The position numbers were made by a program, and so were the translations under genes. Source: an uncultured Actinomycetota bacterium (GTDB taxonomy: Bacteria; Actinomycetota; Actinomycetes; JAFAQI01). From it: a stretch of DNA of 64,000 bases. Shown piece after piece: positions 52,264 through 61,204 of this stretch (positions are counted from its first letter, which is position 1; each line of letters starts with the position of its first letter). The notes under the pieces were generated by a model, which was not told where the DNA came from, did not search any database, and saw only the letters and a program-made list of their open reading frames with translations. The DNA lies in assembly GCA_963770565.1 (NCBI GenBank), contig CAVYQE010000001.1, positions 832,001-896,000 of the forward strand, read 5' to 3'.

Positions 52264-53519
52264 CAGTTCCGGTGCTCACCGCCGTCGGTGATGCTCGGTG
52301 GGAGGCCGATCTCAGCGCCGGGCTGAGTCGGGACGCCCATGGCGTGCAGGTGGTACGCCGTTGCGTGGATCTGGCCGACCTGCTCGCGGCCGCGGCCGCC
52401 GGGCTCGCCCGCGCCGTCATATTGTCGGCCGATCTGCGCCGGCTGGACCGCGAGGCGCTCAGCCGGCTCGCGTTCGCCCGGGTCGCAGTGGTCGGCCTGG
52501 TGGGGGCCGGCGACGAGGGTGAGGACCGACGGCTCCGCCAGCTCGGGGTCCGGCACGTGCTGCCGCATGACGCATCGAGCCAGGCGGTGTCGACGGCGGT
52601 CCTGGCCGCGGTCGGCGAGCTGGCCGGAAGCCCCGAGAACGACTCGTCACCCGCACCCCCCGCCCCCGCTGAAGACGTTGTCTCGAGCCCGGTCGCGACG
52701 GGGAAGGTCGTGGCGGTCTGGGGCCCGGTCGGTGCGCCCGGCCGTACGACGATCGCGGTCAACCTAGCGGCTGAGATCGCGGCGCTCGGAGTTCCGGTGC
52801 TGTTGATCGATGCCGACACCTACGGCGGGGTGGTCGGGCAGGTGCTCGGGGTGCTGGACGAGGCGCCCGGCCTTGCCGCGGCCTGCCGGCTGGCCAATAA
52901 CGGAGTCCTCGACGCGGAGGCCCTGAGGGGTGTGGCGCTCGAACTGCGGCCGACGCTGCACGCGCTCACCGGGATCACCAAGGCCGACCGCTGGCTGGAG
53001 ATCCGGGCCAGCGCGTTCGCCAACGTTCTGGAGGTGGCTCGGTCGGCAGCCGCGTTCATCGTGATCGACTGCGGGTTCTGCCTCGAGCAGGACGAGGAGC
53101 TCGCGTACGACACCGTCGCGCCTCGACGGAACGCCGCCACACTGGTCGGGCTCGACGCAGCCGACGTCGTGGTCAACGTCGCCGGCGCAGACCCGGTCGG
53201 GTTGGCTCGATACCTCCGCACTGCCGCTGACTGTGCAGCACTCACTACCGGCCGATGCGTGACGGTGGCGAACCGGGTGCGGCGCGGCGTGGTCGGCCCC
53301 GGCGATCCCCGCCGGGAGATCGCGGCCGCGCTCGAGCGCTATGCCGGCATCACCGACGTGCTGATGGTGCCGGACGACTCAGCGGCCATCGACGCTGCGC
53401 TCGCGAGCGGCCGGACCCTCGGCGAGGCTGCCCCGGTCTCGCCGGCCCGCGTCGCAATCCGGTCGCTCGCCTCGCAGGTCGCCGGCGTGCCCGAGCCCAC
53501 TCGCCGGCGCCGGCGCTAA
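52260..53519 (+). CDS. CpaE/TadZ-like MinD/ParA-family protein with degenerate receiver N-domain
   Basis: VVRRCVDLADLLA N-domain, deviant Walker A WGPVGAPGRTT, LIDADTYGG, VIDCGFCLE. Confidence 0.85.
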   Translation: MTVPVLTAVGDARWEADLSAGLSRDAHGVQVVRRCVDLADLLAAAAAGLARAVILSADLRRLDREALSRLAFARVAVVGLVGAGDEGEDRRLRQLGVRHVLPHDASSQAVSTAVLAAVGELAGSPENDSSPAPPAPAEDVVSSPVATGKVVAVWGPVGAPGRTTIAVNLAAEIAALGVPVLLIDADTYGGVVGQVLGVLDEAPGLAAACRLANNGVLDAEALRGVALELRPTLHALTGITKADRWLEIRASAFANVLEVARSAAAFIVIDCGFCLEQDEELAYDTVAPRRNAATLVGLDAADVVVNVAGADPVGLARYLRTAADCAALTTGRCVTVANRVRRGVVGPGDPRREIAAALERYAGITDVLMVPDDSAAIDAALASGRTLGEAAPVSPARVAIRSLASQVAGVPEPTRRRRR

Positions 53520-54731
53520 TCAGCGGTGTAGGTAGCGGCCGAGCTCCTGCCGCGCCACCGATCGGATGTGGACCTCGTCCGGCCCGTCGGCAAGTCGTAG
53601 CGTGCGTGCACCGGCGTACATCTCGGCGAGTGGGAACACGTCGCTGACACCGCCGCCCCCGTGTACCTGGATCGCGCGGTCGATGACCTCGCAGGCCATT
53701 CGGGGCGCGATGACCTTGATCGCTGCGACCTCGGTACGGGCGCCCTTGGCGCCGACCGTGTCGATCATCCATGCGGTCTTGAGGGTCATCAGCCGGGCCT
53801 GCTCGATCGCCATCCGCGACTCGGCGATCTGGGCCTGTACGACGCCCTGTTCGGCCAGGGTCTTGCCGAACGCGACCCGCGAGATCGCCCGCTGACACAT
53901 CAGCTCCAGGGCCCGCTCGGCCATGCCGACCGCGCGCATGCAGTGGTGGATCCGGCCCGGACCGAGCCGCGCCTGGGCGATCGCAAAGCCGCCGCCTTCC
54001 TCGCCGATCAGGTTCGATGCCGGCACCCGTACGTTCTCGTAGGTGATCTCGCAGTGGCCGTGCTGGTCCTGGTAGCCGAACACCGGCAGCGGCCGGACGA
54101 CGGTCACGCCCGGCGCGTCCATCGGCACCAGGATCATCGACTGCTGTTGATAGCTGTTGGCGTCGGGGTTGGTCTTGCCCATCACGATCATCACCGCGCA
54201 GCGCGGGTCGGCGGCGCCGCTGATCCACCACTTGTGGCCGTTGATCACATACTCGTCACCGTCGCGCCGGATCTCGGTCGAGATGTTGCGGGCGTCCGAC
54301 GACGCGACACCGGGCTCGGTCATCGCAAACGCGGAGCGGATCTCGCCGTCGAGCAGCGGACGCAGCCACCGCTCCTTCTGCTCGGTCGTGCCGAACAGGT
54401 GCAGCACCTCCATGTTGCCGGTGTCCGGCGCCGCGCAGTTGATCGCCTCAGGCGCGATCCGCGACGAGCGGCCAGTGATCTCGGCCAGGTGCGCGTAGTC
54501 GACGTTGCTCAGCCCCGAGACGTCGGGCAGGAACAGGTTCCACAGCCCGCGCGACCTCGCCTCCACCTTGAGCTCCTCGATGACCGGCGGCACGTGGTGG
54601 ACCTTGCCCTGCTCCGCGAGCGAGCGCCGTTGCTCGTCGTACACGCGCTCGGCCGGGTAGACGTGGCTGTCCATGAAGTCGTTCAAGCGCTTGGAGTAGT
54701 CCTCGGCGCTTGCCGACAGCGCAAAATCCAC
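53520..54731 (-). CDS. Acyl-CoA dehydrogenase (FadE2/ACAD10-11-like)
   Basis: [60 protein letters not shown]. Confidence 0.95.
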   Translation of the reverse strand: MDFALSASAEDYSKRLNDFMDSHVYPAERVYDEQRRSLAEQGKVHHVPPVIEELKVEARSRGLWNLFLPDVSGLSNVDYAHLAEITGRSSRIAPEAINCAAPDTGNMEVLHLFGTTEQKERWLRPLLDGEIRSAFAMTEPGVASSDARNISTEIRRDGDEYVINGHKWWISGAADPRCAVMIVMGKTNPDANSYQQQSMILVPMDAPGVTVVRPLPVFGYQDQHGHCEITYENVRVPASNLIGEEGGGFAIAQARLGPGRIHHCMRAVGMAERALELMCQRAISRVAFGKTLAEQGVVQAQIAESRMAIEQARLMTLKTAWMIDTVGAKGARTEVAAIKVIAPRMACEVIDRAIQVHGGGGVSDVFPLAEMYAGARTLRLADGPDEVHIRSVARQELGRYLHR

Positions 54732-54778
54732 AATGCCCTCCTGGGGGTCAGAGGACCAGTCTCCTACGATCGGTCCTC

Positions 54779-55354
54779 GTGACGATTCCCGGGCGTGGAG
54801 ATCTCGCGCCGCCGCGCCACCACGTGGCGATCGGGCGCTGGCTGGTGACCTTGGTGGTCATCCTGCTGCTGGCCGCCGGCGGCTATTTCGCCTTCCTTGG
54901 TCTAAGCGGTGGATCGCCGAAGTCGTCCGGCTCCTCGCTGCCGCTGTGCCCGACCGGGTCGACCGCTGCGCACGCCCCCAACCCCGGCCCGCTCCGCCTG
55001 ACCGTCAAGAACGCGACCATGCGCAACGGCCTGGCTGCCTCCGTATCGGCAAAGCTGAAGAAGCGCGGGTTCCATGTGCTCTCGATCGGCAACACGGTGC
55101 TGATGAAGCACGGTGTTGCCTCGGTTCGCTACTCGGCCGACCGTCGCCTGGTCGCCGCCAAGGTCGCGGCTCAGATCGCCGGCTCGACCCTGGTGCCGGC
55201 CGGCGGACACGGCGTGGTGGAGCTGGATCTCGGACCGGGCTTCCGCGCCCTCGCTAGCCCCGCCGTGGCCGCGGCGGCGTACCTGAGATTGCTGCCCCAC
55301 GCTTCTCCGTCACCCACTCCGACCACGACCGGAAGCTGCCGACCTCGTGCCTGA
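54779..55354 (+). CDS. LytR C-terminal domain membrane protein
   Basis: TM helix then [37 protein letters not shown]; TACGAT -10 before GTG 54779. Confidence 0.85.
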   Translation: MTIPGRGDLAPPRHHVAIGRWLVTLVVILLLAAGGYFAFLGLSGGSPKSSGSSLPLCPTGSTAAHAPNPGPLRLTVKNATMRNGLAASVSAKLKKRGFHVLSIGNTVLMKHGVASVRYSADRRLVAAKVAAQIAGSTLVPAGGHGVVELDLGPGFRALASPAVAAAAYLRLLPHASPSPTPTTTGSCRPRA

Positions 55355-55997
55355 GCTTCGTGCGTTGATCGTCGACTGGGGCGGGGTGTTGACCAGCCCG
55401 CTCCAGGACTCGATGACGTCGTGGTGCGACGCCGACGGCATCGACTACGTCGAGTTTCGCCGGGTGATGAAGGACTGGCTCGGTACGTCGTACGGCGACG
55501 ACGCTGAGCGCAACCCGGTGCACGCCCTCGAGCGCGGCGAGATGGACGTGCCCGACTTCGAGCGCGAGCTCGGCAGCCGGTTGCGTACGCACGACGGCGA
55601 GCCGGTCGAGGTGGACGGACTGCTGACCCGGATGTTTGCCGGCTTCGGTCCGCAGCCGTCGATGATCGAGGCGGTTCGCCACGCGAAGGCGGCCGGGCAC
55701 GCGACCGCGCTGCTGTCGAACTCCTGGGGCAACGACTACCCACGGGACGGCTGGGCCGAGCTCTTCGACGCGGTCGTCATCTCCGGCGAGGTCGGGATGC
55801 GCAAGCCGGAGGCGGAGATCTATCGATTGACCGCCGACCGGCTCGCGATCGGCCCGGACAGCTGTGTGTTCGTCGACGACCTGATCCCGAACGTTCGAGG
55901 GGCCCGTGAGGTCGGCATGGTGGCCGTCCACCACGTGACGCCGCAACAGACCCTCGACGAGCTCGAAGAACTGCTCGGGACGCCTCTTCGGGGCTGA
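55347..55997 (+). CDS. HAD-IA family phosphatase (sEH N-terminal-like)
   Basis: DWGGVLT, LLSNSWG, SGEVGMRKPE, FVDDL..NV. Confidence 0.9.
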   Translation: MPELRALIVDWGGVLTSPLQDSMTSWCDADGIDYVEFRRVMKDWLGTSYGDDAERNPVHALERGEMDVPDFERELGSRLRTHDGEPVEVDGLLTRMFAGFGPQPSMIEAVRHAKAAGHATALLSNSWGNDYPRDGWAELFDAVVISGEVGMRKPEAEIYRLTADRLAIGPDSCVFVDDLIPNVRGAREVGMVAVHHVTPQQTLDELEELLGTPLRG

Positions 55998-56045
55998 TTC
56001 ACGCTCGGCCGACCCGATCCGGGTCAAGGTGCGAGACTGGGTGGT

Positions 56046-57440
56046 GTGACCGAACGGCTTTCTGCCCTCGACGTCTCGTTTCTCTACCTCGAGACGCCGA
56101 CGACGCCGATGCACGTGGGTGGCGTCGCTCGGTTCGCGCCACCGCCGGACTCGCCGTTCGACTACGACGCGCTGTGCGACCTGGTCGCCCGGCGGATCGG
56201 GTTGGTGCCCCGCTACCGCCAGAAGGTGCGGTGGGTGCCTGGCCACATCGCCAACCCGGTCTGGGTGGACGACGAGGACTTCGACATCACGTATCACGTC
56301 CGCCGCAGCGCACTTCCCAAGCCCGGAAGTGACGAACAGCTCAGGGAGCTCGTGGGCCGGCTGCAGGCGCGGCAGCTCGACCGGCACCGGCCGTTGTGGG
56401 AGATCTACCTGGTCGAAGGTCTTGCGGACGGTCAGTTCGCAATCATCACCAAGACCCACCACGCCATGGTCGACGGCATCAGCTCGGTCGACATCGCAAC
56501 CCTGATCCTCGACCTTGAGCCGACGCCGCGATCGACCCCCGACGACATGTGGGTGCCGCACCGGGAGCCGACGTCGCTCGGTCTCGTGGCCGACGCGGTC
56601 GTCGAAACCCTGCGGCGTCCGACGCAGATCATCGACACCGTCCGGGGCGGAGTGACCGATGCACGGGCGACCGCCGGGCGAGTGATCGGCGCTTTGGGTG
56701 GGCTCGCGACCTTTGCTCGTACGTCGCTGCGTCCCGCACCCACTTCGCCGCTGAACACCGAAATCGGTGAGCAGCGCCGATTCGGGATGGCGGCGACGCA
56801 GCTCGACGACTACAAGCGGATCCGCAAGACCCACGGCGGCACCGTGAACGACGTCGTCCTCGCGACCGTTGCCGGTGCGTTGCGGACGTGGTTGCTCACC
56901 CGTGGCGAGTCTGTCGTGGCCAGCACCGTCGTGCGCGCGATGGTGCCGGTCAGCGTCCGCAGCGACGCGCACGCGGGCGCGCTCGGCAACCGGGTGTCGT
57001 CGTACTTCGTCGACCTTCCGGTCGGTGAGCCGAACCCGGTCGTACGCCTGCATCAGGTGAGCTTCGCGATGACTGCGCACAAGGAGTCGGGCGATTCGAT
57101 CGGCGCGGATGCCTTGGTGCGGCTCACCGGCTTTGCGCCGCCGACGATTCACCTCGCCGCGGCGCGGCTGGCGTCCGGATTGTCGCGGCGGCTGTTCAAT
57201 GTGGTGGTAACGAACGTGCCCGGTCCGCAGTTCCCGCTGTATGCGGCCGGCGCGCAGATGATCGACTGGTATCCGGTCGTACCACTGGCGAAGGGGCAGG
57301 CTGTGACGATCGGCCTGACCTCCTACAACGGGGGCGTCTACTACGGCATGAACTGTGACCGCGATTCGATGCCGGACATCGACGTCCTTGCCAGCTGTAT
57401 CGAGGAGTCGTTGGCCGAGCTGCTGGAGACCGCACGATGA
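56046..57440 (+). CDS. Wax ester synthase / diacylglycerol acyltransferase
   Basis: ERLSALDVSFL, PMHVG, RPLWE, catalytic HHAMVDG, TVNDVVL, TNVPGP. Confidence 0.95.
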   Translation: MTERLSALDVSFLYLETPTTPMHVGGVARFAPPPDSPFDYDALCDLVARRIGLVPRYRQKVRWVPGHIANPVWVDDEDFDITYHVRRSALPKPGSDEQLRELVGRLQARQLDRHRPLWEIYLVEGLADGQFAIITKTHHAMVDGISSVDIATLILDLEPTPRSTPDDMWVPHREPTSLGLVADAVVETLRRPTQIIDTVRGGVTDARATAGRVIGALGGLATFARTSLRPAPTSPLNTEIGEQRRFGMAATQLDDYKRIRKTHGGTVNDVVLATVAGALRTWLLTRGESVVASTVVRAMVPVSVRSDAHAGALGNRVSSYFVDLPVGEPNPVVRLHQVSFAMTAHKESGDSIGADALVRLTGFAPPTIHLAAARLASGLSRRLFNVVVTNVPGPQFPLYAAGAQMIDWYPVVPLAKGQAVTIGLTSYNGGVYYGMNCDRDSMPDIDVLASCIEESLAELLETAR

Positions 57441-58408
57441 GCGGCACGGCGCCACGTCGTGGCCTGGTCCTCGGTGGCGGCGGCGTGCTGGGTGCGTCCT
57501 GGATGATCGGGGCGATGTCGGCCTTGAGCACCGCACTCGACTGGGATCCGCGCGATGCCGAGGTGATCGTCGGTACGTCGGCTGGTTCGGTGCTGGCCGC
57601 GTTGCTCGGTAGCGGAATCGGGATCGACAGTCTGGTCAACCATCAACGCGGGGTGGTCGCCCCGGGTGACCCGCACATCGACTTCAACCCCGACACGGCG
57701 AGCGGCGGGTCGCTGCCGCCGAGACCTCATCTTCGGATCGGCTCGCGGTCACTCGTCGCCCGGACCGTGCTTCACCCGCGCCGGGTACCGGTGATGGCCG
57801 CGTTCGCTGCGCTGGCGCCGCGGGGTCGCGGAAGTCTCGAGCCGGTCGGGGACCTGGTCCGCGCCGCGAACCCGACCGGAGACTGGCCGACTGCGCCCGA
57901 AACCTGGATGGTCGCGATGGACTACGACTCCGGTCGCCGGATCGCGTTCGGCCGGGCCGACGCGCCGCTGGCGACGATGGCCGAAGCGGTCATGTCGTCG
58001 TGTGCGATCCCGGGGTGGTATGCCGCGATGGAGATCGGCGGCCGGCGTTACATCGACGGCGGGACGCTGTCGCCGACGTCGATCGATCTGCTCAGCGACC
58101 GAGGCCTCGACGAAGTCATCGTGCTCGCACCGATGGCGTCGTTCGACTACGACGACCCGCAGTCCGTCGTCGGCCGGATGGAGCGACGGTTCCGGCGCGC
58201 GATGACGAAGCGGGTCCTGCACGAGGCCGGCAAGGTCCGGCGCCGCGGGTCGAGCGTCACCGTGCTCGGTCCCGGCCGGGAGGACCTCGAGGCGATCGGT
58301 GTCAACCTGATGGATCACCGTCGCCGGGTCACGGTGCTCGAATCCGCGTTGCGCACGACGACGGCGGCGCTTGCGGACGCCGGTCCGCCGCTGTCCGCGG
58401 CCGGCTGA
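57437..58408 (+). CDS. Patatin-like phospholipase
   Basis: LVLGGGG oxyanion motif, GTSAG nucleophile, YIDGG. Confidence 0.93.
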   Translation: MSGTAPRRGLVLGGGGVLGASWMIGAMSALSTALDWDPRDAEVIVGTSAGSVLAALLGSGIGIDSLVNHQRGVVAPGDPHIDFNPDTASGGSLPPRPHLRIGSRSLVARTVLHPRRVPVMAAFAALAPRGRGSLEPVGDLVRAANPTGDWPTAPETWMVAMDYDSGRRIAFGRADAPLATMAEAVMSSCAIPGWYAAMEIGGRRYIDGGTLSPTSIDLLSDRGLDEVIVLAPMASFDYDDPQSVVGRMERRFRRAMTKRVLHEAGKVRRRGSSVTVLGPGREDLEAIGVNLMDHRRRVTVLESALRTTTAALADAGPPLSAAG

Positions 58409-58420
58409 CCCGAGCCGCCA

Positions 58421-58924
58421 GTGCGCGTCTACCTTCCGGCGACGATGCGGGTGCTCGACCGCTGGCTCGCCGCTGGTGCGGCTACGAGCACTGATGCCGA
58501 CTCATCGATCTCCGCCTATGCCGTGACTCCGACCCTGCGCGAGTCCTACCACGATGCCGACATCGACGAGCTCGAGTACGTCGCGCAGCTCGAGGCGTCG
58601 GTCGGGTCGTTACGGTTGCTCGCGATCGACCAGGATGCGTCGCGGTGCCGGGTGGTCGTCGCGGCCGATGTCGCCGACGAGCTCGTGCACCTCCGGCCCG
58701 AGGACGGTCGCGCCTCGGTGCGGGTGGAGGGACCGGTCGAGGTGACCCGCTGGGCGAGCGCACTCGTCGACGCGCCGGAAGTCGCGCCCGGGGTCGGGAC
58801 CGCGGTCGCGAGCCTCGCCGCCGCCGCGGCCGGCGACGACGACGCACGGTTCGCGCTCGACGAGGCGGAGGCGCTCGAGCTGGGCTGGTACGCCGTACAG
58901 GAACTGCCCCACCTCCCGCGCTAA
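58421..58924 (+). CDS. Conserved hypothetical protein (DUF6912-like)
   Basis: MRVYLPAT, AYAVTP.LRE, EL.WYA.QEL motifs. Confidence 0.8.
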   Translation: MRVYLPATMRVLDRWLAAGAATSTDADSSISAYAVTPTLRESYHDADIDELEYVAQLEASVGSLRLLAIDQDASRCRVVVAADVADELVHLRPEDGRASVRVEGPVEVTRWASALVDAPEVAPGVGTAVASLAAAAAGDDDARFALDEAEALELGWYAVQELPHLPR

Positions 58925-59004
58925 GCAATGTCACACTGCCCAGCGCTTTCGTGGGGTGATGTCACATTGCCCCCACGAAGTGGGGGGCAATGTGACATTG
59001 CTTG
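58923..59004. repeat. REP/MITE-like element, copy 3
   Basis: GCAATGTCACACTGC at 58925, GTGATGTCACATTGC at 58956, GCAATGTGACATTGC at 58987; 3' half identical to copy 1. Confidence 0.9.
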
Positions 59005-59046
59005 TGACCAGCCCCCTGTGGTCGGTCCGGTGACAAGATGGCAGGC

Positions 59047-60675
59047 ATGGATGCTCTGACGACCGTGCCGATTCCCACCAATGAGCCGGTGCGGATGTAT
59101 GCGCCCGGCTCGGCCGAACGTGCGTCGTTGGAGGCGAAGCTCAAGGAGCTCGGCTCGGCCGGCCCGATCGAACTGCCGATGACGATCTCCGGTGAGCGAG
59201 TGTCCGGCAGCGGCGAGCCGATCGCGGTGGTCGAACCGCACCGGCACGCCTCGGTGCTTGGCCATACCTACAACGCGACCACTGCGCAGGTGGCCAGCGC
59301 CGTGGATGCGGCGCTCGCGGCCGGCCCGGCCTGGCGCGCGCTGAGCTTCGACGATCGCGCCGCGGTGTTCCTCAAGGCGGCCGATTTGCTGGCCGGACCG
59401 TGGCGGGACGAGCTCAATGCCGCGACCATGCTCGGCCAGTCGAAGACCTGCTATCAGGCCGAGATCGATGCGGCCTGCGAGACGATCGACTTCTGGCGAT
59501 TCAACGTGCACTTCGCCCGGGGCATCCTCGCCGAGCAGCCGATCTCGGCTCCTGGCGTGTGGAACCGCTTCGACCATCGCCCGCTCGAGGGATTCGTGCT
59601 GGCGATCTCGCCGTTCAACTTCACCGCGATTGCCGCGAACCTCGCGACCGCGCCAGCGCTAATGGGCGTGCCGGTGGTCTGGAAGCCGTCACCGACTCAG
59701 GGCTTCGCGGCGCAGACTTTGATGCGGCTGTTGGAAGCAGCCGGGTTGCCGCCGGGCGTCATCAACCTGGTGACCGGTGACGGACACGCGGTCAGTGAGA
59801 CTGCGCTCGTCCATCCCGATCTGGCCGGCGTGCACTTCACCGGCTCGACCGCAACGTTCCAGCAGTTGTGGCGAACCGTCGGCGGCAACCTTCCCGACTA
59901 CAAGAGCTACCCACGCCTCGTCGGTGAGACCGGCGGGAAGGACTTCGTTATTGCGCATCCGTCCGCGGATCTCGACGCGCTTCGAGTCGCGTTGGTGCGA
60001 GGTGCCTTTGAATACCAAGGGCAGAAGTGCTCGGCCGCGTCGCGTGCCTACATTCCGTCATCGGTCTGGAAGCGGCTTCGCGACGATCTGGTGGACGACG
60101 CGGCGGCGCTGCCGATGGGCGACGTGACCGACTTCTCGAACTTCCTCGGCGCCGTCATCGATCGGCGTTCCTTCGATCGGCTCGCCGGCGTCCTCGACCG
60201 GGTGAAGAGCGACTCGGCACTGTCCGTCCTGGTCGGTGGTGTCGCCGACGACAGCGTCGGCTACTTCGTCTCGCCGACGATCATTGTGGGTGACGACCCG
60301 ACCAACGAAGTGTTCACGACCGAATACTTCGGCCCGATTCTCAGCGTTCATGTCTACGACGACGCCGAGTTCTCCGCGATCCTGCAGCACGCCGCGACCT
60401 CGACGAAGTACGCGCTGACCGGCTCGATCATTGCGCAGGATCGGGGCGCGGTGGCCGAGGCGAGCGAGACGCTGAGGTACGCCGCCGGCAACTTCTACAT
60501 CAACGACAAGCCGACCGGCGCGGTGGTCGGCCAGCAACCGTTCGGCGGCGCGCGCGCCAGTGGTACCAACGACAAGGCCGGCTCTCCGCACAACCTGATG
60601 CGCTGGACGTCGCCACGCACGATCAAGGAGACCCTCGTCCCGGCGACCGACTGGCGTTACCCGCATCTCGGCTAG
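59047..60675 (+). CDS. pruA: L-glutamate gamma-semialdehyde (P5C) dehydrogenase
   Basis: NEPVRMYAPGS, SPFNFTAI, GETGGKDF, FEYQGQKCSA, NDKPTGAVVGQQPFGG; start ATG 59047 or 59038. Confidence 0.96.
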   Translation: MDALTTVPIPTNEPVRMYAPGSAERASLEAKLKELGSAGPIELPMTISGERVSGSGEPIAVVEPHRHASVLGHTYNATTAQVASAVDAALAAGPAWRALSFDDRAAVFLKAADLLAGPWRDELNAATMLGQSKTCYQAEIDAACETIDFWRFNVHFARGILAEQPISAPGVWNRFDHRPLEGFVLAISPFNFTAIAANLATAPALMGVPVVWKPSPTQGFAAQTLMRLLEAAGLPPGVINLVTGDGHAVSETALVHPDLAGVHFTGSTATFQQLWRTVGGNLPDYKSYPRLVGETGGKDFVIAHPSADLDALRVALVRGAFEYQGQKCSAASRAYIPSSVWKRLRDDLVDDAAALPMGDVTDFSNFLGAVIDRRSFDRLAGVLDRVKSDSALSVLVGGVADDSVGYFVSPTIIVGDDPTNEVFTTEYFGPILSVHVYDDAEFSAILQHAATSTKYALTGSIIAQDRGAVAEASETLRYAAGNFYINDKPTGAVVGQQPFGGARASGTNDKAGSPHNLMRWTSPRTIKETLVPATDWRYPHLG

Positions 60676-61031
60676 CTGTGGTCGGCGGGCGGGGCCTGCT
60701 CTAGCGCCTGCTTGACGTACGGCGCGAATCGTTGCTGCGCGGCTTGTTTGCTGACGCCGAGCGAGCGGCCGATCGCCGACCATGCGACGCCGTTCGCCCG
60801 GGCCTCACCGACCAGGGACAGCATCGCCCAGTCGACCCGCTCGGCGATCGCCGCCAACTGAGCCAGACCGGCCAGCAGGGACTCGGGGGAGTCGGCCGCG
60901 GTCTCGCCGGCCTCGGTTACCGTCGACCGGACCGCCCGCACGACGGCCGCGAGCGGCCGATCCTGGCCGGTCTCGCCACCGAGCCACCGGCGGTCGGCAT
61001 AGGACCGGTATGGCCAGGGGTTGGATCCCAC
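60672..61031 (-). CDS. Small HTH DNA-binding protein
   Basis: ARANGVAWSAIGRSLGVSKQAAQQRF HTH; SD GGAGG before GTG 61031. Confidence 0.8.
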   Translation of the reverse strand: MGSNPWPYRSYADRRWLGGETGQDRPLAAVVRAVRSTVTEAGETAADSPESLLAGLAQLAAIAERVDWAMLSLVGEARANGVAWSAIGRSLGVSKQAAQQRFAPYVKQALEQAPPADHS

Positions 61032-61052
61032 CAAATCCTCCCGAATCGGTTC

Positions 61053-61120
61053 GTCAATCCCACTTGACGTGACGCTCGACAGTCTGGCCGGACGCGGCAG
61101 CGATGTCAACCCGGGTTGAC
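61053..61120 (-). promoter_or_regulatory. Sigma-A promoter with two GTCAA-N6-TTGAC palindromic operators
   Basis: GTCAATCCCACTTGAC (61053-61068) and GTCAACCCGGGTTGAC (61105-61120); minus strand TTGACA-N17-CAGACT overlaps the second. Confidence 0.7.
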
Positions 61121-61168
61121 TCGGGGAGGATCGAGACCTTTTGGTGATGTTTCATCGGCCAAATGGCG

Positions 61169-61194
61169 TCAAGGCCCGCGTAAAACCGGTCGAT
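61169..61194 (+). promoter_or_regulatory. Sigma-28-like promoter for the giant surface protein
   Basis: TCAAG-N15-GTCGAT ending 10 nt before ATG 61205; no SD (leaderless-compatible). Confidence 0.45.
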
Positions 61195-61204
61195 TTAACG
61201 CGCG

